Part shown: piece by piece, positions 10,513 to 19,880 of the stretch
Layout: the number at the start of each line of letters is the position of its first letter
Position numbering within the stretch: the stretch's first letter is position 1
Assembly: GCA_963843145.1 (NCBI GenBank)
Contig: CAWJJC010000020.1
Span: 352,001 to 416,000 of the forward strand
Source of the DNA: an uncultured delta proteobacterium
Lineage (GTDB): Bacteria > Desulfobacterota > RBG-13-43-22
Direction of reading: 5' to 3'
Length of the DNA stretch: 64,000 nt
Notes under the pieces: model-generated
Told to the model about the DNA's origin: nothing
Database searches by the model: none
Seen by the model: the letters and a program-made list of their open reading frames with translations, nothing else
Position numbers and translations under genes: made by a program

Positions 10513-12189
10513 ATGCGTAGCGACGCCATGAAAAAAGGACTGGAGAAATCACCCCATCGCTCCCTTTTTAAAGCCATGGGCTACACCGATGAAGAAATCG
10601 CCCGGCCGCTGGTCGGTATAGCCAATTCGGCCAATGAAATCATTCCCGGACACATCCACCTGGACCGAATCTGCCAGGCCGTGAAAGACGGGGTGCGCAT
10701 GGCCGGTGGGACGCCTATATCCTTTTCCACCATCGGCGTCTGTGACGGGATTGCCATGAACCACGAAGGCATGAAATATTCCCTGGCCAGCCGGGAGCTG
10801 ATCGCCGACTCGGTGGAGGTTATGGCCCGGGCCCACCCTTTTGACGCCCTGGTTTTGATCCCCAATTGCGACAAGATCATCCCGGGAATGCTGATGGCCA
10901 TGCTGCGCCTGAATATCCCGGCCATTATGGTCAGCGGGGGCCCCATGCTCACCGGCCGCTGGCGCGGGAAAAACGTTCACCTGGTCAGCGTCTTCGAAGG
11001 GGTGGGGCAAGTCAAGGCCGGAAAATTAAAGGCCGCGGAGCTGCGGGAACTGGAGGACGCGGCCTGCCCCGGCTGCGGTTCCTGTGCCGGAATGTTCACC
11101 GCCAACTCGATGAATTGCCTGACCGAGGCCATCGGTTTAGGACTCCCCGGAAACGGCACCATCCCCGCCGTCTCGGCGGCCCGCCTTCGCCTGGCCAAGC
11201 AGGCCGGGAACAAGATTATGGAATTATTAAAAAAGAAAATTCTCCCCCGGGACATCGCCACCCTGCCGGCCTTTCGAAACGCCATCGCGGTCGATATGGC
11301 CCTGGGCTGCTCCACTAACACGGTGCTCCATGTCCCGGCCATAGCCTCCGAAGCGGGGATCAACCTGCCCCTGACTCTTTTTAACCAAATCAGCCAAAAG
11401 ACCCCCCATCTCTGCAATTTAATACCCGCCGGTCCCCATAGCCTGCAGGAACTGCATGAGGCCGGCGGCATCCCGGCGCTTATGGCGGAACTCACCAAAA
11501 GGAAGGGGCTGGATACCCGGGTCTTGACGGCGACCGCCTCGACCTTGGCGGTAAATTTAAAAGGCCAGACTGTCATGGACCCGGAGGTTATTCGCCCGAT
11601 TAGCCGCCCGTATCATGCTGAAGGGGGCATCGCCGTCCTTTTCGGCAACCTGGCCCCCGAGGGCGCGGTGGTCAAACAATCCGCGGTGGCGCCGGAAATG
11701 CTGAAACACCAGGGCCCGGCCCGGGTCTTTGATTCCGAGCCGGCCGCTCAACAGGCTATCCTGGGCAAGAAGATCCACAAAGGGGATGTGGTAATTATAC
11801 GCTATGAAGGCCCCAAGGGGGGACCGGGGATGCAGGAAATGCTTTCCCCCACCGCCGCCATCATCGGGATGGGGTTGGGCAAGGAGGTCGCCTTGATTAC
11901 CGATGGACGGTTCAGCGGGGGGACCCAAGGCGCGGCCATCGGCCATGTTTCACCCGAAGCGGCGTCGGGAGGACCTCTGGCCTTGGTCCGGGAGGGAGAT
12001 CGTATCGCCATCGATATCCCCAATAAAAAAATAAGCCTGCAGGTTTCCCCCGAGGAGTTGGAACGGCGAAGGAAAAAATGGAAACCCCAACCGCCGAAAA
12101 TTAAAAGCGGCTACCTCTATCGTTATTCCCAGTTGGTGACTTCCGGCAGTACCGGCGCCGTGTTTAAAGAGGATTGTTCTTCAACCTAA
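10513..12189 (+). CDS. ilvD: dihydroxy-acid dehydratase
   Basis: [31 protein letters not shown] and TDGRFSGG; AGGAGG RBS. Confidence 0.97.
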   Translation: MRSDAMKKGLEKSPHRSLFKAMGYTDEEIARPLVGIANSANEIIPGHIHLDRICQAVKDGVRMAGGTPISFSTIGVCDGIAMNHEGMKYSLASRELIADSVEVMARAHPFDALVLIPNCDKIIPGMLMAMLRLNIPAIMVSGGPMLTGRWRGKNVHLVSVFEGVGQVKAGKLKAAELRELEDAACPGCGSCAGMFTANSMNCLTEAIGLGLPGNGTIPAVSAARLRLAKQAGNKIMELLKKKILPRDIATLPAFRNAIAVDMALGCSTNTVLHVPAIASEAGINLPLTLFNQISQKTPHLCNLIPAGPHSLQELHEAGGIPALMAELTKRKGLDTRVLTATASTLAVNLKGQTVMDPEVIRPISRPYHAEGGIAVLFGNLAPEGAVVKQSAVAPEMLKHQGPARVFDSEPAAQQAILGKKIHKGDVVIIRYEGPKGGPGMQEMLSPTAAIIGMGLGKEVALITDGRFSGGTQGAAIGHVSPEAASGGPLALVREGDRIAIDIPNKKISLQVSPEELERRRKKWKPQPPKIKSGYLYRYSQLVTSGSTGAVFKEDCSST

Positions 12190-12202
12190 GAGGGGGTGCA
12201 GT

Positions 12203-13219
12203 ATGATGGAGGCTCGGTTTTATGAAAAAAAGAAAGAACAACAAGCCCACTGCTTCTTGTGCAACCATCACTGTCTGATTAAGGAGGGGGAAAGAGGGCT
12301 CTGCGGGGTCCGGGAGAATCGGAAGGGGAGCCTCTATTCACTGGTTTACGCCCGGCCCATCGCTACCCACGTGGACCCCATTGAGAAAAAGCCGCTCTTT
12401 CATTTCTTGCCGGGATCCCGGTCCTTTTCCCTGGCCACCGCCGGCTGTAACTTTCGCTGCCTTTTCTGTCAGAACGCCGACATCTCCCAGTTGCCCCAGG
12501 ATCAGGGGAAAATACCCGGCGAGGAGGTCTCCCCGGAGGATATCGTGGCCGCCGCCCGGCAGGCCGGTTGTCAATCCATCGCTTACACTTATACGGAGCC
12601 GACCATTTTTTTTGAATACGCCCAGGACATCGCCATACTGGCCGCAGCGCAGGGGTTAAAGAACGTCTTCGTCACCAACGGGTATATGTCCGCGGAGGCC
12701 CTGCAATCTATTCATCCCCTGCTCCACGGGGCCAATGTGGATTTGAAGTCCTTTCGGGAAGCCTTTTATCAAAAGCAATGCGGGGCCAAACTGTCTCCGG
12801 TCCTGAAGACCTTGAAGTCCATGAAGGGAATGGGGGTGTGGCTGGAAATCACCACCTTAATCATTCCCACCCTGAACGATTCGAAGGAAGAATTGCGGGA
12901 ATTGGCCACCTTCATCCTCCAGGAACTGGGCCCGGAGACCCCCTGGCACATCAGCCGCTTTCACCCGACGTTTCGTCTAACCGACCTGCCGGTTACACCG
13001 GTCAAGACCCTGCAGCAGGCTTGGGAAATCGGCCGGGAAGTGGGACTCCATTATGTTTACACCGGGAATGTGCCCGGCGATCAAGGGGAGAAAACCTATT
13101 GCCATCACTGCGGCCGTCTACTTCTGGACCGATTTGGATTTACCATTTTGAAAAATGAATTGAATCAAGGCCGCTGCCCTCAATGCCTGGAAGCGCTGGC
13201 GGGGGTCGGCCTGTCCTGA
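12203..13219 (+). CDS. amrS: AmmeMemoRadiSam system radical SAM enzyme
   Basis: DPIEKKPLFHF, CNFRCLFCQN, AYTYTEP and YVYTGNVPG. Confidence 0.9.
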   Translation: MMEARFYEKKKEQQAHCFLCNHHCLIKEGERGLCGVRENRKGSLYSLVYARPIATHVDPIEKKPLFHFLPGSRSFSLATAGCNFRCLFCQNADISQLPQDQGKIPGEEVSPEDIVAAARQAGCQSIAYTYTEPTIFFEYAQDIAILAAAQGLKNVFVTNGYMSAEALQSIHPLLHGANVDLKSFREAFYQKQCGAKLSPVLKTLKSMKGMGVWLEITTLIIPTLNDSKEELRELATFILQELGPETPWHISRFHPTFRLTDLPVTPVKTLQQAWEIGREVGLHYVYTGNVPGDQGEKTYCHHCGRLLLDRFGFTILKNELNQGRCPQCLEALAGVGLS

Positions 13220-13271
13220 TAAATTATTTTGAAAAAAAATAAATTATTCTTGTCAAAATTGTATTTTTTTC

Positions 13272-13300
13272 TTGACATACTATATATGGTATTCTAAAAT
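13272..13300 (+). promoter_or_regulatory. sigma-70 promoter for the histone-H1-like gene
   Basis: TTGACA-N17-TAAAAT preceded by an AT-rich tract. Confidence 0.75.
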
Positions 13301-13337
13301 CGCAACAAATACCATATATCCGAAAGGAGGAGACACC

Positions 13338-13535
13338 ATGGCAGCAACCAAAAAAGCAAAGGCTCCGGCGAAGAAAGCAACCGCAAAGGCCGCTCCCAAG
13401 AAAGCAGCCACGACCGCCAAGAGCCCAAGCAAGAAAGCGACGGCCAAAAAGGCGCCGGCCAAAAAGGCCGCTCCGGCCAAGAAAGCCGCCGCTTCCAAGG
13501 CCCCGGCCAAAAAGGCCCCGGCTAAAAAGAAATAG
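13338..13535 (+). CDS. small Lys/Ala-rich histone-H1-like DNA-binding protein (65 aa)
   Basis: AAAGGAGG RBS, ATG at 13338, repeated (A)PAKK/ATAKK motifs. Confidence 0.8.
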   Translation: MAATKKAKAPAKKATAKAAPKKAATTAKSPSKKATAKKAPAKKAAPAKKAAASKAPAKKAPAKKK

Positions 13536-13616
13536 CCGGGTGGTTGTTGTTCGCTAGGTAAGTTTTAATAATTTAGCCTCACCTTTAAAAGGGAAGGAGG
13601 GTCGATTCTTCAAAAG

Positions 13617-13647
13617 AGGAAAGGCCCGCAGTGCCTTCCTTTTTTTT
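13617..13647 (+). terminator. rho-independent terminator
   Basis: AGGAAAGGC-ccgcagt-GCCTTCCT followed by a T run. Confidence 0.7.
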
Positions 13648-13809
13648 GTCCTTTTTTTGGCCCTTCCCGATGCAGCCGGTTCGCAGGTTTCCCCCTAAAA
13701 TCTTCAGTCCTCGATGGTTGTTTTTTATCAAGAGGATATGGTATACACTACCCGACACGCTGACAACGGGAGCAGACTCCCCTATTCCTTAAAAAGGAAA
13801 TGAACGCCC

Positions 13810-14466
13810 ATGGAATGGTTCAATCAACTGTTGGAATTGTTTCTTCATTTAGATAAACACCTCAATGCCGTCATCCAGGCTTACGGGCTTTGGACGTACC
13901 TCATTCTGTTTATTGTTATTTTTTGTGAAACCGGACTGGTGGTCACCCCGATCCTGCCCGGCGATTCCCTCCTGTTTGCATCCGGCGCCTTCGCCGCCCT
14001 CGGGTCGCTGGATCCTTGGTGGCTGCTGGTCCTGTTAGGTATCGCCGCCGTGGCCGGGGATACGGTCAACTACTGGATCGGGCATTATGTTGGACCCAAA
14101 GTCTTTCAGCGGGCAGACTCCCGGTTTTTTAAAAAGGAATACCTGCAACGAACCCATGCTTTTTACGAACGGCATGGGGGGAAGACAATTATCATCGCTC
14201 GATTTGTACCGATCATCCGGACCTTTGCCCCTTTTGTGGCCGGCATCGGACGGATGTCTTATTCCTGGTTCCTGGCTTATAATGTGGTCGGGGGAGTCGC
14301 CTGGATCGCCCTTTTTGTTCTGGGTGGATACTATTTTGGGAATATGGCGGTGGTGAAGAAAAATTTTACCCTGGTTATTTTGGTCATTATCCTCATCTCC
14401 GTAATGCCGGGCGTCATTGAGTACCTGAGACAACGCCGACTTACCTCCCGGTTAGCGGATAAATAG
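13810..14466 (+). CDS. DedA family membrane protein
   Basis: [26 protein letters not shown] and [16 protein letters not shown]. Confidence 0.95.
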   Translation: MEWFNQLLELFLHLDKHLNAVIQAYGLWTYLILFIVIFCETGLVVTPILPGDSLLFASGAFAALGSLDPWWLLVLLGIAAVAGDTVNYWIGHYVGPKVFQRADSRFFKKEYLQRTHAFYERHGGKTIIIARFVPIIRTFAPFVAGIGRMSYSWFLAYNVVGGVAWIALFVLGGYYFGNMAVVKKNFTLVILVIILISVMPGVIEYLRQRRLTSRLADK

Positions 14467-14482
14467 TAAGGGGTTCATATTT

Positions 14483-14716
14483 ATGCAATGCCGTTTTCAT
14501 CCCGATCGGGAAGCCGCGGTTAAATGCAGTAAGCTGGAAATCGGCTACTGCCTGGAGTGCCTGGAGGATTGTATGGCCTGCACCGACCCCTGCGGCTATT
14601 GTAAGTTTAGGAAGGCCTGCATCATTTGGGAGAATTGCCGAAAAAGCCCCAGACGCTATCAACTCGAGGAGGAAGCCAAAGGCAGCCTTTCCTCCGAAAA
14701 TAAAAAATCCGATTAG
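14483..14716 (+). CDS. small Cys-rich protein with B-box-like zinc finger
   Basis: CxxHPDREA..CxxxxxxxCxxC plus further CxxC-type Cys pairs; RBS-like AAGGGG. Confidence 0.65.
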   Translation: MQCRFHPDREAAVKCSKLEIGYCLECLEDCMACTDPCGYCKFRKACIIWENCRKSPRRYQLEEEAKGSLSSENKKSD

Positions 14717-14727
14717 GAATTTCACTC

Positions 14728-16038
14728 GTGGCGAAGAACGCAGCAGAGAAATTAAAGGTGGCCTCCGGGGTCGATCAACTGGACTTTATTCTGGAAGGAC
14801 TGTTCATCGGAGATAACGTGGTTTGGTATGATGATGCGGGCAGTCTGGCCTCGGTTTTCTGTTTGAATTTCATTCGGATTTCTCTATTCCAGAAAAAGCC
14901 GCTCATTTATGTGACCTTTGACCGTTCCCCTAAAAATTTGTTGGAAAAACTGGGACCCCTGGCTCAAAACCCCGCTCTGCTTATCCTGGATTGTTTCACC
15001 TTCGGCAAAGGGGCCGGTTCCTCGATCTTTTTGAAATTTTATGAACAAATAGAATCCCAAGGCCCTTTTAAACTGGTTCAGGTGGAGAATCCCCGGGACA
15101 TGCGTCAGGTAACCGAGGCCCTCTATACGCTACATGGCACGCAAAAGGGAGAGGTCCGTTTTGTCTTTGAAAGTTTAACCGGCATGCAGGAACTCTGGGG
15201 GGGTGAAGACCAGGTGCTTAATTTTTATTCCCATTCCTGCCCCCGCCTCTATGAGTTGAAGACCATCGCCTATTGGATCATGGAAAAAAAGGCCCACTCT
15301 CCCCGGTTTCGAGCCCAGATCAGCCAAATCGCCCAAGTGGCCATTGATCTGGCCATCAAAAGGGGGACCACGTCCCTGACCGTCTTGAAGGCCGAGAAAC
15401 GTAAGTTGGACAACCTCCATCAACCTCATAAATACTGGGCCAAAGATCTAAATATTACTTTTAGTGACGAACGCCGGCTATCCGGCCTCCTGGACCTGGG
15501 CCAGCGTATCAAAGCGCTTCGCCTCAAGCGAGGTCTCTCCCAAACGGAACTCGCCCAATCGGTCGGGGTCACCCCCAGCACCATTTCTCAGGTCGAGAGC
15601 AATCTGATTTATCCCTCCTTGCCGGCCCTGTTTAAAATGGCCGAGATCCTGGCGGTGGAAGGCAGTTCTTTTTTCCTCGAACCAGGGAAGGAAAAAAGCC
15701 GGATCATCTTTCCTTTGCGGGAGGCCACGGACCTGAGGATGACCGGCAGGCCCGAGTTCGGTATTCAAGCGAAGCGCTTGATCCCGGTGGACCTGGAGAC
15801 CAAGGCCGAACCCTTTCTGATCGAGATCCCTCCGCGGCAAAGCCTGTCCAGCCATTTTTTCCTCCACAAGGGCGAAGAAATGGGTTACCTCCTTTCCGGA
15901 AAATTATTGGTTAAGATGGGATCCGGAGAGCATGAACTCCTTCCCGGAGATCTCATCCGGTTGACCTCCGAGATCCCCAACGCCTGGTCCACCCTAGGAC
16001 CGGACCCCGCCAAGCTGCTCTGGTTGCTCATTAAATAA
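14728..16038 (+). CDS. KaiC/RecA-like domain + XRE HTH + cupin transcriptional regulator
   Basis: N-terminal SGVDQLDFILEGL; GLSQTELAQSVGVTPSTISQVE (XRE); HKGEEMGYLLSG (cupin). Confidence 0.8.
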   Translation: MAKNAAEKLKVASGVDQLDFILEGLFIGDNVVWYDDAGSLASVFCLNFIRISLFQKKPLIYVTFDRSPKNLLEKLGPLAQNPALLILDCFTFGKGAGSSIFLKFYEQIESQGPFKLVQVENPRDMRQVTEALYTLHGTQKGEVRFVFESLTGMQELWGGEDQVLNFYSHSCPRLYELKTIAYWIMEKKAHSPRFRAQISQIAQVAIDLAIKRGTTSLTVLKAEKRKLDNLHQPHKYWAKDLNITFSDERRLSGLLDLGQRIKALRLKRGLSQTELAQSVGVTPSTISQVESNLIYPSLPALFKMAEILAVEGSSFFLEPGKEKSRIIFPLREATDLRMTGRPEFGIQAKRLIPVDLETKAEPFLIEIPPRQSLSSHFFLHKGEEMGYLLSGKLLVKMGSGEHELLPGDLIRLTSEIPNAWSTLGPDPAKLLWLLIK

Positions 16039-16159
16039 AAACAAAGGAATTAACATTATAATTTTCCGACTTCCGGTTCAAAGGGGATGAACTGGGCACT
16101 GGCACAACTGACTGCCAAGATAGCCGGGAAAGGGACAGACTGGCAATAAGATTTAGGAG

Positions 16160-17836
16160 TTAGGGCGTTTCCCAATCGCGAAAAGCTGTTAACACCTCTT
16201 CTGGGGTTTGGGCTGATTTGAGACCTTGCAGAAGCTGTCTGTTTTGGGCCGCTCGGCTGGTCAGACCTAACACCTTGACCTGAATATCGGGGGTTTGGGC
16301 CGGAGATAGGATCAAAAAAACTATCTCAACGGGTTTTTCAGTAAGGACATCGGAAACCCCTTTTCTGGTTAACCCCAGGGCTACTACCGGGGTCGTCAGG
16401 CCGTTGATCCGGGTGTGGGGGAAGGCCACCCCCTCATTAAAAAAGGTCGATCCCTGTTCTTCCCGCTTAAGGACCTCCTTCAATAAAATCTCCGGATCAC
16501 CGAGGCCATTCTGCTTGGCCAGAGCTTCCGTCAATTCGTGGAGAATAACCTCTTTTCCCACCGGCATATCCCAAATGATGATCTGGTGCGCTGATAGAAG
16601 TTGGGACAACCTCAACTGCTCCGGGGACGGGGGTTTGGTTTCGGAAGGGATCGAAACGGTCGTAGTCACTTCCGGGATCACCCCAGGGGGCTGAGCCTTG
16701 GGAGGGCCTTCTTCACTGGTGTCCAGAATGATAACTGTGATCCCCAAGGCTTTTTTGATCAGTTCGCCGACAATATCTTTATTCTTTCCGAATTTTTTAA
16801 AGAAAGGTTTGGCCCCCGGCCTTCCGATAATGATATGACCCACCCGGTATTCCTTGGCAAAACGGAGGATGGTATCGACGATCTCCTCTCCCTTATAGGT
16901 AAACACCAAGGCACCTAATTGCTTGGCCAAGGTCAAGGTGTCTGAGAGGTGACGCTGGGTTCGGACGTCGATGACCGTGGCTTCTTCGGAAGGGGTCTGA
17001 ACATAAACGGCATACCAGTTTCGATTCAGTTTCCCGGCTAAGCGCGAGGCATACCGGAGTAGTTTATCGCTATTGGGTCCACGCGAGCTCAAGCAGACCA
17101 TGATCTGGTCCGGCGTGATATCGCTTTCTTTTTCCTCCGTCTCCCGCCTCCTTGAATCAATCTGGGAGGCGAGTTCCCGAAGGGTGAGTTCCCGAAGCTT
17201 TTCCAGATTGGAAGTCCTGAAAAAATTACTGAGCGCGGTCTGGATACGCTCCCGGGGATAGATCTTTCCTTCTTCCAATCGTTTTTGTAAGTCTTCGGTG
17301 GACAAATCCACGTCAACGATCTGGTCGGCTTCCGCCAGGACCGAATCGGGAAGGCGCTCCCGGACTTTGACCCCTACGGCCTTTTCGACCATATCATAGA
17401 GACTTTCCAAATGTTGGACATTCAAAGTGGTGATGACATGGATCCCGACGGCCAGGATGTCCTGAACGTCCTGATAGCGTTTTTGGTTCAGGCTGCCGGG
17501 AACATTGGTATGAGCCAGTTCGTCGATAAGGGCCACCTGGGGTTTGCGGGCCAGAATGGCCTCCACATCCATTTCTTCTACCGGAACGCCGCGGTATTCC
17601 TGCCGGCGCCGGGGGATGACCTCCAGCCCTTCAATCAGTTTGGCGATATCGGCCCGGCCGTGGGTTTCCACGAGCCCGACGATCACATCGATCCCATCGT
17701 TTTTAAGCCGATGACCTTCCTGGAGCATCTGATAGGTCTTGCCCACCCCCGGGCAATAGCCCAGATAGACCTTCAACCGGCCACGCTGGGAGTGGCGGAT
17801 CATTCTCAAGAAGGCGTTGGCTCTATCGTCGCTCAT
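16160..17836 (-). CDS. KdpD N-terminal sensor + USP + PTS EIIA (type 2) domain fusion, no kinase domain
   Basis: GRLKVYLGYCPGVGKTY, IDELAHTN and LRELTLR; USP domain IMVCLSS; EEQGSTFFNEGVAFPH. Confidence 0.88.
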   Translation of the reverse strand: MSDDRANAFLRMIRHSQRGRLKVYLGYCPGVGKTYQMLQEGHRLKNDGIDVIVGLVETHGRADIAKLIEGLEVIPRRRQEYRGVPVEEMDVEAILARKPQVALIDELAHTNVPGSLNQKRYQDVQDILAVGIHVITTLNVQHLESLYDMVEKAVGVKVRERLPDSVLAEADQIVDVDLSTEDLQKRLEEGKIYPRERIQTALSNFFRTSNLEKLRELTLRELASQIDSRRRETEEKESDITPDQIMVCLSSRGPNSDKLLRYASRLAGKLNRNWYAVYVQTPSEEATVIDVRTQRHLSDTLTLAKQLGALVFTYKGEEIVDTILRFAKEYRVGHIIIGRPGAKPFFKKFGKNKDIVGELIKKALGITVIILDTSEEGPPKAQPPGVIPEVTTTVSIPSETKPPSPEQLRLSQLLSAHQIIIWDMPVGKEVILHELTEALAKQNGLGDPEILLKEVLKREEQGSTFFNEGVAFPHTRINGLTTPVVALGLTRKGVSDVLTEKPVEIVFLILSPAQTPDIQVKVLGLTSRAAQNRQLLQGLKSAQTPEEVLTAFRDWETP

Positions 17837-17846
17837 AAAGGACTTT

Positions 17847-19113
17847 TTATTTCAGTTCAACTGTCTTGGTTTTTTCGCATCCGGCCAGGCGTTCAACCTC
17901 CAATGACAAGGCCACTTGCTTGATCAATGATTCCAAAAGATTCAATTGCTCCGGGTGCCGGAAACGGTCACGATCTGCGGGCCGCAGGACCAAAACGCCC
18001 AAGGTGGAATCGACCGCTCGAATCGGCACATAGAGGTTCTCGGATGTTGGCGAGTGTTGAGTCCCCAACCCCGTTATCTGACCGGTGGTCATAGGCCAAA
18101 TGGGCTATCTTGAATTTCTTTGACAATATCCTGATGGAGCACGGAAGAGGGATCACCGGCAATCACCTTAAGCCTACCCTTGGCCGTTCGACACCAGGGC
18201 CACGGCACGGGCACTCGAAAATCTCCGAGAGATAGTGCACGGTCACTTGGAAGATTTTTTCTATTCCTCTGGTGCCGGCGAGGTGGCGGCTGAGACCATG
18301 CATGGCGGTGGCCTGCCGCTCCTGGTAATTGGGCAACTTGGGCCTGTTGCCGCAATCGGTTAGTCAGGTGACTGATGACCAAGGCCACCAGGAACATGAC
18401 GATGAAGGTAACGATATACTGGGCCTCTTCCACGGTGAATGAAAACCGCGGAGGGACAAAAAAGAAATCAAAACCCAGAACGCTTAAGAGGGAACTAAGG
18501 ATACCCGGACCTCTGTCCGCAGGAAGCGGCCGTTATCATCACGCCCAGCAAATAGATCATTATTAAGATTACTGAGGTGAAAGTAGGGGAACATTAAAAA
18601 ACAGAGCAAGGAAGCCAAGATAAAAATAAGAGGGCTGCTCCATAGTCGGCCAAAGGGATCTTTGGGGTCGAATCGTGTAGGTTTTCTCTCTCTGTTTCCC
18701 GGATTCACCGCTAAGAAGGTAAACATCCGTCTCTTCGCTCAATCGAATCAGTCTATCCACCGGACTCTTCAGGAGAGATCTTTTCCAAAGGCGCCACTCG
18801 GTTTTCCAGCGACAATCCTGGTGATCTTCCGTTGTTTAGCAAAGGCGATAATTTCTTCGGCAATATGGCGACCGGTCACTGTAACGGTCTCGGCCCCCCA
18901 TTGCTCGGCCAAACGCAGATTATCGGAGATACGGTTGCGCGCTTTTTCCAGAAGGGGCAGCGTCTTGGCCTCCTCGACAACTATTACAAACCATTGGGCC
19001 TTTAGATCAGCGGCCATTTTTCGGGCGGCATTTAGGAGTCCGGCGGAAGAAGGGCCCGATCCCAGGCACACCAAAATCCTTTCGGTCTGGGGTGTTACAG
19101 TGTCGTTCGCCAT
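17847..19113 (-). CDS. second KdpD-like protein (USP + DUF4118 membrane domain + GAF), split by several frameshifts, no kinase domain
   Basis: Fragments 18769-19113 (ERILVCLG, LRLAEQWGAE), about 18300-18720 (hydrophobic; FFFVPPRFSFTVEEAQY) and 17847-18092 (GAF tail TGLGT..YVPI). Confidence 0.7.
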
Positions 19114-19166
19114 TTGCCTTGTCCTATCCTGGTTTGAGGATTTTGCAACAACTCGTCACAATTTCA

Positions 19167-19751
19167 TCATTGGGTCAGGCGATCCAGAGCCAGATTCAAC
19201 ATCAGAACATTGACCCGGGGTTCACCGAAGATTCCCAGGTCCCGGCCTTCGGTGGCGTGTTCAATCTGCTTCAAAACGGTTTGATCTCCCACCCCCCGGG
19301 CTGCGGCTACACGGGATGCCTGCAGGATGGCGTTTTTCAAACCGATGTGCGGGTCCAGGCCGCTGGCCGAGGCGGTTACGGCATCGGCCGGGACCAAAAC
19401 ATCCGCAGAAAGTTTATTTTCAGCCCGGTATTGGCCCAGGCGTTCTTTAAGGCTATCGTTCAGCTTCTTGGAAAGGGGGCCGAGATTGCTGCCGCCGGAA
19501 CTGAGTCCATCATAGCCTTGCCCGGCGGCTGATGGACGGGGATGAAAGTATTTCGGATCGCTAAACCCCTGGGCGATCAGGCGCGACCCCCTGATCGTCT
19601 GTTTTTCCATGACCAAAGAACCATTGGCCTTATCCGGGAATAATCCCTGGGACAGAGCCCAGACCGCCAGGGGATAAAGACCGCAAACAATCACCGCCAG
19701 GGATAAGGTGGCCAGCAAGGCGATGCGAAGTTCGGCAATAATGTTTTTCAT
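19167..19751 (-). CDS. kdpC: K+-transporting ATPase subunit C
   Basis: YFHPRPSA, SNLGP, VTASASGLDPHI and GEPRVNVLMLNLALD. Confidence 0.96.
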   Translation of the reverse strand: MKNIIAELRIALLATLSLAVIVCGLYPLAVWALSQGLFPDKANGSLVMEKQTIRGSRLIAQGFSDPKYFHPRPSAAGQGYDGLSSGGSNLGPLSKKLNDSLKERLGQYRAENKLSADVLVPADAVTASASGLDPHIGLKNAILQASRVAAARGVGDQTVLKQIEHATEGRDLGIFGEPRVNVLMLNLALDRLTQ

Positions 19752-19781
19752 GGTTTCAAGCCTCTTAGAGTTTCAAATTTC

Positions 19782-19880
19782 ATGGCTCAAGGCGCAAGGC
19801 AAAGAGCATAGAGCGTAGAGCCATGAGCTTATGGGTTTAAAGGTTTTCCTTTGAGCTTTCAGCTTTAGAGCTTTGAGCTA
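19782..19880. repeat. short imperfect ~7-nt tandem repeats between kdpB and kdpC
   Basis: CAAGGCGCAAGGCAAAGAGCATAGAGCGTAGAGC ... TTTGAGCTTTCAGCTTTAGAGCTTTGAGCT. Confidence 0.55.
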
